A stretch of DNA of 64,000 bases from Minisyncoccota bacterium (GTDB lineage Bacteria > Patescibacteriota > Minisyncoccia > Phycocordibacterales > UBA9973), in assembly GCA_035510575.1 (NCBI GenBank), contig DATKGV010000008.1, forward strand, positions 68,618 through 132,617, read 5' to 3'. Every line of letters starts with the position of its first letter. Within the stretch, counting starts at the first letter, position 1. The notes under the pieces were generated by a model that did no database searches, was not told the origin of the DNA, and worked only from the letters and a program-made list of their open reading frames with translations. Shown here one piece after another: positions 39,947-49,147 of this stretch. The translations under genes were made by a program, and so were the position numbers.

Positions 39947-42166
39947 ATGAACAATCAGGAAAAGGTAAATATTAATGCCAAGTCATCAGTTGAAAAGAAG
40001 GCTTTATCATCGGTTGAATTAGTAAAAAACCTTACTAATAAATACCCAGAAATGGAATGGCTTACTGGTAATGTTGATTCTACTCCAGAAGCAAGCATTT
40101 CAGGACAAGTTGAGGGTACTGTCGGCAAACAGATTTTTTCAAATCTTGATAAAAAGGATTTAATTGAGTTTGATAGAACTGCAGTTGGAATATTAACACT
40201 CTATTGGGCTGATAATGGAGATTATGATAGTTTCACCGCATGTCAAAAGGAACCGACAAAACTAACAAAAGAAAGTTTTAAGAAGCTTCAAGAATATTCA
40301 AAATCTATCTTACAAAATCAAGAAGATATTGAAGCTATGGAAACTTTTATGGTTATCAATGATCTTGGAAAGATTAAGGGTGTTGTAGAAAATATTACAG
40401 AGAAATCTGGTATAAAAGATATAGATCATGACAAGATGCTTCTCATTGGATTAGAAAAACATCCTGAAATTTCACCTAGTTTTCAAAAATTATCTTCTCA
40501 TCATAAAGAGCTTATATTAAATGGTTTGAAAACAAAATTTAACATCGGACAATTTATCAGAGGTGAAAGTATGCCTGCAAGCTTGGAAGGATTAAAAGAC
40601 GTAGATCAAGAGAGCTTGAGATTTTATCTTTTACATTCTCTGTATGACATGGCAGGTGCAGCTGGACAATTTGTCCAGAATGGATCAGTTGTAATGACTG
40701 AGCCGTTATATAAAGATTTTAGTTCAGCAGTTGATTTAGTTGAAAAACTTGGTCAAGGAAAGACAGCAGATGAAGCTTATAATTCATACCTTAATCAAAA
40801 AGCTGAAAATTTAGGTTTTAATCCTTTGTCTCCAGAAGATCGAGCGATGACAAGAATTTGCTGTATGCTTAGTATTTCCAATATAGAACAAGCACAAGAA
40901 GTTAAAAAAATATTTTCAGAACTACCTAAAAATACTCATGCCATACTTGAAGCTGATTTGAACAAAAAAGGCACTGATGATGGGCTAGCAACGCTTATAT
41001 ATTACGCTCCTTCTTTTCTATTAAATCTTCAAAAGAAATTTAATGATAATAAAGAACCAGACGCTTTTAAAAAAGCTCTTTCATTGGGATTAACTACTCT
41101 TGCTAGAGTATTTCAAGAAGCGAGAATTGCTAATAAAGGAAAGGAAGATAATGGTATTTATACTGTTATGGCATCTTCGCTTGCAAAAGTAGCCACTGAA
41201 AATCCAGATAAATTATCAAAACAAGAAATTAAGTTAAAAATTATCGGTAATGACGCAGAAGTTGAACTTATTGGTGTTCCAGAAATCAATAAAGATAAGT
41301 TCACTAAAATTGCTAATCTAACAGAAATTTCAGGCAAAAGAATTATTCCCATTGGAATTGGCGGTGGATCAGATTGCATACAAGCATCATTGCTTGCAGA
41401 GATGCTTAAAAAATCTGGCAAAGAATGTCCTTGTGTTGTTTCAATTCGCACAGAAAAGACTGAATCATTAAGTAACAATGGAAAAGTTGGGGACAAGAGA
41501 GTTATAGAAAACTATGGCGAAGAAATTAAGAAAGGTGTTTACCTTATCACACCAGAAACTACGGGCTCTGGCAGGTTCTTGGAAAATATACCAACGCATG
41601 ATGTTCCTGTATATTTAGTTATTGAACAAGAAAGTATCAATTTATCAGAACAAATAAATTTTGTATTAGAAAAAGTTGGTGGAATAGATACCATAGTTGC
41701 AGTTGATACTGGTGGCGATGCACTATATTCCTCCACTAATAAAAATGAAGCAGAAACAACTCCGAATCAAGATTTACGAAGTCTTAAAGCCATAAATGAT
41801 CTTTCTGGAGTTCAGAAAATAAGTTGTGAAATTGCTGTCGGGATAGATACCCCTGCAAATGGGGAAAGTATCTTACTTAGTGCAAATGCAAAATATTATG
41901 AACCAACAACGGAAGAGATAAAATTAATTTTAGAAAAATACAAAGAATGGCAAATGGACGGCTCAAATGATTCTAGATATGGCAAGACGCCTCTTGCTTG
42001 GCAGAAAGCATTACAAGATAAATTCGGTTTTCAAGAAGTTGATTTGCCTACAAAAGTAGTACTTGATAAAAATAATCCTTGGAAACCATTTATTCATACT
42101 CAGCCAAGCACTAAAGGTATGTTCTTCATGGATATTGAGAATCATTTAAGAAGTATAAATCATTAA
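39947..42166 (+). CDS. Two-domain hypothetical protein: HD-like N-terminal domain plus DUF1152-like C-terminal domain
   Basis: VINDLGK...DHD; GIGGGSD...VAVDTGGD; AT-rich island gene. Confidence 0.55.
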   Translation: MNNQEKVNINAKSSVEKKALSSVELVKNLTNKYPEMEWLTGNVDSTPEASISGQVEGTVGKQIFSNLDKKDLIEFDRTAVGILTLYWADNGDYDSFTACQKEPTKLTKESFKKLQEYSKSILQNQEDIEAMETFMVINDLGKIKGVVENITEKSGIKDIDHDKMLLIGLEKHPEISPSFQKLSSHHKELILNGLKTKFNIGQFIRGESMPASLEGLKDVDQESLRFYLLHSLYDMAGAAGQFVQNGSVVMTEPLYKDFSSAVDLVEKLGQGKTADEAYNSYLNQKAENLGFNPLSPEDRAMTRICCMLSISNIEQAQEVKKIFSELPKNTHAILEADLNKKGTDDGLATLIYYAPSFLLNLQKKFNDNKEPDAFKKALSLGLTTLARVFQEARIANKGKEDNGIYTVMASSLAKVATENPDKLSKQEIKLKIIGNDAEVELIGVPEINKDKFTKIANLTEISGKRIIPIGIGGGSDCIQASLLAEMLKKSGKECPCVVSIRTEKTESLSNNGKVGDKRVIENYGEEIKKGVYLITPETTGSGRFLENIPTHDVPVYLVIEQESINLSEQINFVLEKVGGIDTIVAVDTGGDALYSSTNKNEAETTPNQDLRSLKAINDLSGVQKISCEIAVGIDTPANGESILLSANAKYYEPTTEEIKLILEKYKEWQMDGSNDSRYGKTPLAWQKALQDKFGFQEVDLPTKVVLDKNNPWKPFIHTQPSTKGMFFMDIENHLRSINH

Positions 42167-42229
42167 TTTTAAATAAATAAAAAACACACCAGTATAATAT
42201 AAACTGATGTGCTTGATTTGTTGTTCTCT

Positions 42230-42697
42230 TTAAATTACCTCAACCTTTAAATTCTCTACAACAAAGACCTCATCTTGGTTGTATACTCCTAATATTGGGA
42301 TAATCAAACTATGTTCTGTAACACCTGACTTAGGATCTTTATAGGTAAAAGAAATTTTTAAACTTTTTCCCACAAAATTGTTGATTTTCTTCAATCTAAA
42401 AACCCAATCTCCGTCAATTGCACTTGTTTCGTTAAATACCCACTTAATTGACCAGCCAGCTTGTGAATATTTTTTGATAATTTCACCTACTACTCTTTCA
42501 TCACAACCTGCTCCAGTAGTTTTATCTCCTATTTTGAAATAATGACTGTGAGGATAGGGTTCAGGTTTAACATCTAGTTTCTTACCTTCAAGGTAGTATT
42601 TCATGATATGATCGTCAATTTGCTTTTCGTAAAGAGCGATCATTTTCTTTTGGTCATCTGTGAAGATTTCCTCAATGCCTTCAGTGTTTATAGCCAT
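42230..42697 (-). CDS. Hypothetical protein (island)
   Basis: 155-aa ORF, no recognised motif. Confidence 0.6.
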   Translation of the reverse strand: MAINTEGIEEIFTDDQKKMIALYEKQIDDHIMKYYLEGKKLDVKPEPYPHSHYFKIGDKTTGAGCDERVVGEIIKKYSQAGWSIKWVFNETSAIDGDWVFRLKKINNFVGKSLKISFTYKDPKSGVTEHSLIIPILGVYNQDEVFVVENLKVEVI

Positions 42698-42807
42698 GAT
42701 TTTATGTATTTAATTGTTTATATTCAAGTTTAATTAGAAAAGAGCTTCTATTAAGTAGTATGATAGCATATTTTACTTGACTTGTCAATGATTCTATGTT
42801 ATCTTAA

Positions 42808-43239
42808 ATGAAAATATTGTTCCACTTAAAATCTATAATTATGCAAGAAAAGTATTCCTATTTAGACTACAAAATCTGTCTTTCCCTGCTTAAGTCAATA
42901 AAACTTAAAAATGGAAGATTGCTGGAAATTCAAACCATTGAAGATGCTATGCCTATGGATATAAATCATATAGATGTACAGGGTATTAGTATTGAGGACA
43001 CATGGCTGATTCATGCAATAATTGATGACAAGAAGACTCAGACAATTTTTGAGTTTGGTATGATCAATAATGGTGAATGCTTTGTCAGTCGTCAAAAATA
43101 CGATGAGGATCATGATTTTTCAGAAGATATTACCGATTATGGCAATGCTGTCTGGAAATTTTGTGAAATAATCCATGATTACAGAAGAATAACTACGTTA
43201 ACAACTAGGTTAAATAACCTAATAAAAAGAAGAAAATAA
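42808..43239 (+). CDS. Hypothetical protein (island)
   Basis: 143-aa ORF, no recognised motif. Confidence 0.55.
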   Translation: MKILFHLKSIIMQEKYSYLDYKICLSLLKSIKLKNGRLLEIQTIEDAMPMDINHIDVQGISIEDTWLIHAIIDDKKTQTIFEFGMINNGECFVSRQKYDEDHDFSEDITDYGNAVWKFCEIIHDYRRITTLTTRLNNLIKRRK

Positions 43240-43337
43240 TTTATAACCATTCATCGAGTATATCGGTGGGTGGTTATTTATTTTTTTAACTATTTAGAAT
43301 TTTATATGCTCTTCGTGTACAAGAACTTCGCACGACG

Positions 43338-43412
43338 TGGTGATCCCGGCAGGAATCGAACCTGCATCATAACTTCCGCAAAGTTACGTCCTATCCATTG
43401 AACGACGGGACC
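43338..43412 (-). tRNA. tRNA-Arg (GCG), CCA encoded
   Basis: GGTCCCG..TAACT-TT-GCG-GA-AGTTA..GCAGGTTCGATTCCTGC-CGGGATC-A-CCA. Confidence 0.93.
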
Positions 43413-43467
43413 AAATATCACCTTATAAATCTACACTATCAGATACATATTCGCAAGCAAATATAAA

Positions 43468-43501
43468 ATAAAAAAAGCGCTTATTTAAGCGCTTTTTTTA
43501 T
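43468..43501. terminator. Terminator hairpin
   Basis: ataaaaaaagcgctta-tt-taagcgctttttttat. Confidence 0.7.
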
Positions 43502-44041
43502 TTAAACTCCGAGCTTTTCCATCAATTGCATTGATTTAGATTCTTCCAACTCGGCATTCGGCACGAATTTCAAGAGCGATTCCCTGATCTGCCCGATTAA
43601 ATTGGCAGGAATGGGTATAGTATAAACCGGCAGGAAATATTTGCTTGTCTGTATCAATAATTTGGGATTCTTGCCGTCTTTTTTTATATCAAAACTTTTG
43701 ATGTTTTTCCATGAATATTTATCCCTGCCCATAGTGATGCCTTCAGTTTCAATAATGAAACTAATTTCTTGCGGATGGCGGATATTAAACATCGCCAAAC
43801 AGCATCCGGAAATGAATATAAACACAGCAAACAGATAATTGCGTATCCAAACAGCTAAAACGCACACAGCCAAAGTTATAAGCCCCATGGTCCAGAACCA
43901 ATCGGTGCTATGTTCTTTGTGGTCATACTCCGGCGCGGACCATTCTATTTTATTTATAGTTATTTCTTCCACTCTTATATTATAACGCTTTTCATTTTTT
44001 AAGGAAGAGCTCCCTGTCTTTTTTAAAAAAGAAAACGGCAA
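43502..44041 (-). CDS. CPR-conserved two-TM hypothetical protein (true start probably downstream, near VEE..IEWSAPEY)
   Basis: W.APEY...S.DWFW motif, two TM helices, PH-like tail. Confidence 0.7.
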   Translation of the reverse strand: MPFSFLKKTGSSSLKNEKRYNIRVEEITINKIEWSAPEYDHKEHSTDWFWTMGLITLAVCVLAVWIRNYLFAVFIFISGCCLAMFNIRHPQEISFIIETEGITMGRDKYSWKNIKSFDIKKDGKNPKLLIQTSKYFLPVYTIPIPANLIGQIRESLLKFVPNAELEESKSMQLMEKLGV

Positions 44042-44630
44042 TCTTGAAAATGCTGTAAGTTATGAAGAAGGCGGCCAGGACATCTATCGAGTAGTGCAAA
44101 TGCGCCATTAAGACGACTATTCCGAACATAACAGACGTGGCGATGAAAAGATAGCGGAAAAACTTGTCTTCCCAAAATATCAAGGCCATCAGAAATGGCA
44201 GGCCGGTATGCCCCGAGAAAAACAAATCGCCGCCGAAAGTGAATTTGCTGATAAGATTATTGGGATCTATGAAACTATGGATAGGGAAAGGCCCGATATG
44301 CGTCAAGCTTATGAAAATAGACCTTATAATCACAAACAAAGCTATGCTTTTCACAGTGAAGGGAAGGCGCTGGGGATGATAAAAGCAAACCAAAGTTATG
44401 AATATGAAAAATATGACTGATCCGTAAACAAAAATGCCGTCAAGATCAAAGACCGGAATATTGCTCAAGATAATATCGGTCACGGAATTGCTCGCTCGCT
44501 CTGTCGCATACGACCCGGCATAAAAATTAATAATGGCGCTGACAATCAGAAAAGCGAAAGCAACAGACACGGAGACGACAAATCGCTTATCCGATATGCA
44601 AGACCCACATCTTTTTATCCAATTTCTCAT
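43992..44630 (-). CDS. PAP2-family / sphingomyelin-synthase-like membrane phosphotransferase
   Basis: GDLFFSGHT; H.HYSIDV. Confidence 0.85.
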   Translation of the reverse strand: MRNWIKRCGSCISDKRFVVSVSVAFAFLIVSAIINFYAGSYATERASNSVTDIILSNIPVFDLDGIFVYGSVIFFIFITLVCFYHPQRLPFTVKSIALFVIIRSIFISLTHIGPFPIHSFIDPNNLISKFTFGGDLFFSGHTGLPFLMALIFWEDKFFRYLFIATSVMFGIVVLMAHLHYSIDVLAAFFITYSIFKIAVFFFKKDRELFLKK

Positions 44631-45097
44631 GAAATATGTTTTCTAATTGATTTTACTAATTCCGACGAGCTTCTGACTTTACCACCTCTACCGACATTAT
44701 AAACTATTTCTATGCCGAGTTTTTTACACAGGTTAATATCTTTATATAAAGAAGATTTCGGATCTCTAGAATCTTTTTCATTTCTGTCTCCTCCATTTGC
44801 AAATATATCTGGATGAATCGCCTCTAAATATTTTCTAATACTCATATCCTTTGCATTTTTTTTATGACTGCTTAATACTACGCGATCAACTGCTCGAAAG
44901 GCCTCAAGGATTTCTTTGCGATCAGCTTCCGGCATAAAGACAAAACCTTTCTTAGCCATCAGCCAATTATCGTTGTTGAGAACCACCACGAGCTCATCGC
45001 CCAATTTTTTCGCTTCTTTGAACATCCGCACATGGCCAATATGAACGGGATCAAATCCGCCAGAGACCATCACTACTTTTTTCACTTTTTTACTCAT
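44627..45097 (-). CDS. Cytidylyltransferase family protein (RibL/TagD-like)
   Basis: SGGFDPVHIGH; FANGGDR; SSS. Confidence 0.88.
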   Translation of the reverse strand: MSKKVKKVVMVSGGFDPVHIGHVRMFKEAKKLGDELVVVLNNDNWLMAKKGFVFMPEADRKEILEAFRAVDRVVLSSHKKNAKDMSIRKYLEAIHPDIFANGGDRNEKDSRDPKSSLYKDINLCKKLGIEIVYNVGRGGKVRSSSELVKSIRKHIS

Positions 45098-45171
45098 ATA
45101 ATATAAGCTTGATGACCTTTATTATATCACATTTTTTTTGCAGATATCACGCTCTTAACTTTTGAACTATT

Positions 45172-45333
45172 TTATTTGAATGCAAAAGACATCAGCACGA
45201 TAGTCAAAGCGTTCAAAATTACCAACGCAAACACAAATGCTGTTTTTGAAGGCATTGCATTAGGGTTTATTAAAATATAGATTGTGTAGATTATTGCAAC
45301 AATCGCGGCACCGAGAAAGTTTCCTTTTATCAT
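45172..45333 (-). CDS. 53-aa two-TM microprotein (not in the ORF track)
   Basis: MIKGNFLGAAIVAIIYTIYILINPNAMPSKTAFVFALVILNALTIVLMSFAFK. Confidence 0.5.
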   Translation of the reverse strand: MIKGNFLGAAIVAIIYTIYILINPNAMPSKTAFVFALVILNALTIVLMSFAFK

Positions 45334-45530
45334 AGTTTTATAATTAGATAAGTTAATAAGACATTTGACCTTTAAAGATTATATCATTTCCTAACTGGCG
45401 GTGTACTCGGGTATGGTACCCAGAGGGTCAACCCTTGTAAGGGTATTCTAGCATATTCTCACTGCTGAAATTCAGCTTTGTGGGTCGCGGTCATAATTTC
45501 CGCAATGAGACACATGAGACACTTTTTTGG

Positions 45531-45698
45531 CTATTCCGCCGAGACTGTCTCGAGTGTCTCATCGCCATTTGAGCCAGATTTTTCAAGGGCTTCCTGCTCA
45601 ACTTGCATCATCAAGATGCTACAGAGCCGATCCACGAAGAATTGGCCGTCTGGCGTTTGCAGTACATTCTCGGGGGTTTGGTTGGTGGGCTTTTCCAT
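45531..45698 (-). CDS. Small hypothetical protein at the element's left end
   Basis: MEKPTNQ...FFVDRLCSILMMQVEQE; amphipathic helix. Confidence 0.45.
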   Translation of the reverse strand: MEKPTNQTPENVLQTPDGQFFVDRLCSILMMQVEQEALEKSGSNGDETLETVSAE

Positions 45699-45740
45699 AT
45701 AAGCCCACCATACCAAATCTCAAGATTTTTGGCACGCTCT

Positions 45741-46155
45741 CCTAATACTAGGTTTCTCTTTTTTCTCTTTCTTTTGTGTGTTAAATATTTTAACTACTTT
45801 TGGTTAAAATATTTAACCAGTTTCGGTAAAAAGATTTAACCAGTTAATTTCCTTTACCAGTTTTTCCACAGGCAATCTAGGGATTGCCCTAATACTTTGT
45901 TTCTCTTTGTTTCCTTTCTTTTGTTAGTTCGTCCCGCGTACCGATATCGGTACGTCGGACGAACCGAAAGTGGTTCGTCTGCTGAACCAGTTCGTTTGGC
46001 GAACTACTTTATCCACAGGTTCACCTAATACTTAGTTTCCTTTGTTTCTCTTTCTTTTGTGTGTCTAAATTTTAGACTACTTTCGGTCTAGTATTTAGAC
46101 CGATTTCGGTCAAGATTTTAGACTGGTCTACTACCTAGACTACTTTATCCCCGGG
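45741..46155. repeat. Three tandem 132-bp origin-like modules (pyrimidine tract, four palindromic iterons, DnaA-type box)
   Basis: Units 45741-45872, 45888-46019, 46024-46155 with identical spacing 39/15-8-15-8-15-2-15/4/9. Confidence 0.9.
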
Positions 46156-46200
46156 CTGTAAGCTATGGATTCAACAGTCTGATTTTCGTATAATGGACAC

Positions 46201-46566
46201 ATGACAAAAGTCATATACATCACCGATATCACGCTCCACTCGAAGGACTTTCGCGCAACGCCTAGTCTCGAAAAAGCAGAGCAGAGGAAATTTGCAGGAC
46301 TGCCGTCACCGCGCTTCTATTCTGGTGCGACTAAACTCGACGCGGTCGTCGAGGGCGTGAATCCAGACGGCACGTTCGAGTTCACGATCGACCTGCCCGT
46401 CGATCTCCGCGAAGGATTAGATCGCGGCGAAATCGAGATCCGCTCGCTTCGCGCGGGAGGCATTCCAATCTACCCCGGCAAAGATCTCATTGAAAAAATG
46501 GCACAGCTAAAAAAGAAGGAACGTCGAGAGCTGATCCACCGCAGTCGAAAGTGGCAAGCAAAATAA
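46201..46566 (+). CDS. Hypothetical protein
   Basis: 121-aa ORF preceded by TATAAT; no recognised motif. Confidence 0.65.
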   Translation: MTKVIYITDITLHSKDFRATPSLEKAEQRKFAGLPSPRFYSGATKLDAVVEGVNPDGTFEFTIDLPVDLREGLDRGEIEIRSLRAGGIPIYPGKDLIEKMAQLKKKERRELIHRSRKWQAK

Positions 46567-46730
46567 ATCGTGGTATAGTATAAGCACAACTAAAGATTAC
46601 AGGTGGCGTACCGCACTTTGTGCCATGCCCGCTTCGTAGAGAAAGCCTAAGGAATTAATCTGTCGGATTGATTTTTAAGTCTTCATCGCGAGGCGGGCTT
46701 TCTTATTTATTAGCGTTAATAGATAAGCAG

Positions 46731-48011
46731 ATGCAAAAAACAACACTAGTGTGGCACACGGAGCAACGAAAAATCTCTGACCTCGTTCCAAGCTCCATCA
46801 ACCCTCGGACTATGAGTCCGAAGCAAATTGAAGACCTCAAGCAGAGTCTTCAAAAGTTCAATCTGGTCGAAATCCCCGTCATCGACACTAATAATAATTT
46901 AATCGCAGGACATCAGCGTCTGATGGTCATGAAGCTCCTCGGGCGTGGCGAGGAGGTTATTGACGTGCGCGTGCCGAGCCGGAAGCTATCCAAAAAAGAA
47001 TACGACGCGTACCTTCTTGCCTCGAACCGAATCCACGGCGACTGGGACTGGGCAAAACTCGCCGAGAACTTTGACCTCGAGCTTCTCCTTGAAAACGGAT
47101 TTGACGATAATGACCTCACCCACATCTGGGACGAGAATCTCACCGTTGAAGATGATGAATTTGATTTAGAAAAAGAACTCGAAAAAATCAAGACGCCGAA
47201 GACGAAATACGGCGACGCATACAAGCTCGGAAATCATTTCCTGTTCTGCGGCGACAGCGGGAATCTGGAGACGGTCAGACACACCGTGCACATCAAGAAC
47301 GTGGCGATGCTCTACTTCGACCCGCCGTACAACATCTCCCTCGACTACGACAAAGGCATCGGCGGCAAAAAACACTACGGTGGGAGTGTTAACGACAGCA
47401 AGCCGGACGATGAGTACAAGGAATTCCTGAAGGATATCATCACTAACGGCCTCCTGATTTCAAACATGGATACCCATGTTTTCGTCTGGTGCGACCAACG
47501 ATACATCGGACTCGTGCAGGAAATCTACGAGGAACTCGGCATCGACAGCAAGCGGGTGTGCCTGTGGATCAAGAACGGCGCGAATCCCACGCCAGGAGTC
47601 GCGTTCAACAAATGCTATGAGCCATGCGTGTACGGCGTGCGTGGCAAGCCGTACCTTTCCGACAAAGCACTCAACCTCACGGAGATTCTGAACAAGGAAA
47701 TCGGCAACGGTAACAAAGCCATCGACGACATGCTCGACATGTTGGATATCTGGCTCGTGAAGAGAGTCACAGGATCAGAGTATCAGCATCCAACGCAGAA
47801 GCCACCGAGCCTTCACGAGAAAGCATTGAGAAGATGCACCAAGCCTGGCGACATCGTTCTCGATCTCTTTGGCGGATCGGGATCAACGCTCATCGCGTGC
47901 GAACAATTGAATCGAAGATGCCACATGGTCGAAAAGGAACCAATATTCTGCGATGTCATCATCAACCGATATGAAAAACTCACCGGCACAAAAGCAATCA
48001 AGTTCAGTTAA
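46731..48011 (+). CDS. ParB-like N-terminal domain fused to N4/N6 DNA methyltransferase
   Basis: NPR...IAGHQRL (ParB-N); FDPPYN; HPTQKP; DLFGGSGSTLIA. Confidence 0.92.
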   Translation: MQKTTLVWHTEQRKISDLVPSSINPRTMSPKQIEDLKQSLQKFNLVEIPVIDTNNNLIAGHQRLMVMKLLGRGEEVIDVRVPSRKLSKKEYDAYLLASNRIHGDWDWAKLAENFDLELLLENGFDDNDLTHIWDENLTVEDDEFDLEKELEKIKTPKTKYGDAYKLGNHFLFCGDSGNLETVRHTVHIKNVAMLYFDPPYNISLDYDKGIGGKKHYGGSVNDSKPDDEYKEFLKDIITNGLLISNMDTHVFVWCDQRYIGLVQEIYEELGIDSKRVCLWIKNGANPTPGVAFNKCYEPCVYGVRGKPYLSDKALNLTEILNKEIGNGNKAIDDMLDMLDIWLVKRVTGSEYQHPTQKPPSLHEKALRRCTKPGDIVLDLFGGSGSTLIACEQLNRRCHMVEKEPIFCDVIINRYEKLTGTKAIKFS

Positions 48012-48759
48012 GCAAGGTCAGGTCTGGCAGCTCGGCAGACACCGGCTGCTTGTCGGCGATGCGCTTGATTCCGAAGGCGTGAAGAAGCTTGTCGGCGCGG
48101 ACAAGATCAATTGCATCCTCACCGATGTGCCATACGGAATATCCTACACTGAGAGCAAAGAAAACTTTGCGAGCGTGAAGGTCAACAAGAAAATCCTGAA
48201 CGACAATATTTCGGATGAAACGCAGTATCAAAAATTCATGTCGGGGTGGATCAAGAATATCCTTCCGCACATGGCGAAGAAAAACAGCATCTACATCTTC
48301 AACTGCGACAAGATGCTGTTTGCGCTCAAGGCTTCGCTTGATGAATGCAAGATATATTTCTCTCAATTGCTGATTTGGGTGAAGAATCAAGCGGTCATCG
48401 GAAGAAAGGATTACCTGCCTCAGCACGAACTCATCGTCTTCGGATGGTTCGGCACGCATACGTTCAGAAGATCGAAAGACAAAAGCGTCCTCTTCTATCC
48501 TCGTCCCACAAAAAGCTCTCTCCACCCGACCATGAAGCCGATACCGCTTCTGCGGAATCTCATTCTCAACAGCACAAGCATCAACGACATCGTGTATGAC
48601 TGCTTCCTCGGTAGCGGTTCGACATTGATCGCGTGCGAGCAGACGCACCGCACCTGCCTCGGCGTCGAGCTTGATACCGAATACTGTCAGACCGTCATGG
48701 ATCGCTTCGAGAAGCTGATGAAAATCAAACCAAAATTATTGCATGAACAAAAACACTGA
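47971..48759 (+). CDS. N4/N6 DNA methyltransferase
   Basis: LGRHRLLVGD; TDVPY (variant of DPPY); HPTMKP; DCFLGSGSTL. Confidence 0.9.
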   Translation: MKNSPAQKQSSSVKQGQVWQLGRHRLLVGDALDSEGVKKLVGADKINCILTDVPYGISYTESKENFASVKVNKKILNDNISDETQYQKFMSGWIKNILPHMAKKNSIYIFNCDKMLFALKASLDECKIYFSQLLIWVKNQAVIGRKDYLPQHELIVFGWFGTHTFRRSKDKSVLFYPRPTKSSLHPTMKPIPLLRNLILNSTSINDIVYDCFLGSGSTLIACEQTHRTCLGVELDTEYCQTVMDRFEKLMKIKPKLLHEQKH

Positions 48760-49147
48760 AGAAAACAAGAATATGCTCTTGGAACAATTGCGGAAAACGC
48801 CGATCGTCCAGATCGCGTGCGAGAAGCTCGACATTTCCCGAGCCACTTTTTACCGGTGGAAATCCGAAGACGAGGAATTTGCTACGTTAGTTGATCAAGC
48901 AGTGAGTGAAGGACGATCACTCATTAATGATGTTGCAGAATCCCAGCTCATCGGCGCGGTCAAAGACCGGAACTTGGCGGCTATCATGTACTGGCTCAAG
49001 CACCACCATGGAGATTACAAGACCAAGGTGCAGATCGACGGCAGATTGGAAACGATACACGAGCTTTCAGTTGAGCAGAAGGCATTGGTCGAACAGGCAT
49101 TAAAGTTAGCAGGCATCACGCCCGAAGAAAACAATGAAGAATCCTAG
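48743..49147 (+). CDS. HTH protein, putative small terminase subunit
   Basis: AC..L.ISRATFYRWK..D..F; AIMYWLK; directly upstream of terL. Confidence 0.75.
   Translation: MNKNTEENKNMLLEQLRKTPIVQIACEKLDISRATFYRWKSEDEEFATLVDQAVSEGRSLINDVAESQLIGAVKDRNLAAIMYWLKHHHGDYKTKVQIDGRLETIHELSVEQKALVEQALKLAGITPEENNEES

Noticed and set aside
39720-43340. tRNA-Arg 3'-end duplication (att) bounding the small island
   Set aside because: No direct repeat of tggtgatcccggcagg was found by eye and no integrase is present, so island status rests only on composition, position and the shared end motif.
45397-45540. Possible tRNA-like gene starting ggcggtgta
   Set aside because: No T-loop (GTTCRA) or cloverleaf could be built.
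45741-46155. CRISPR array interpretation of the three-unit repeat
   Set aside because: The units are 132 bp, the conserved parts are degenerate, the variable parts are internally repetitive palindromes rather than unique spacers, and no cas genes are present.
45741-46155. Coding remnants of a phage O-like gene
   Set aside because: The TKE..ETK-like frame is interrupted by stops and has no start. Treated as non-coding, although descent from such genes is plausible.
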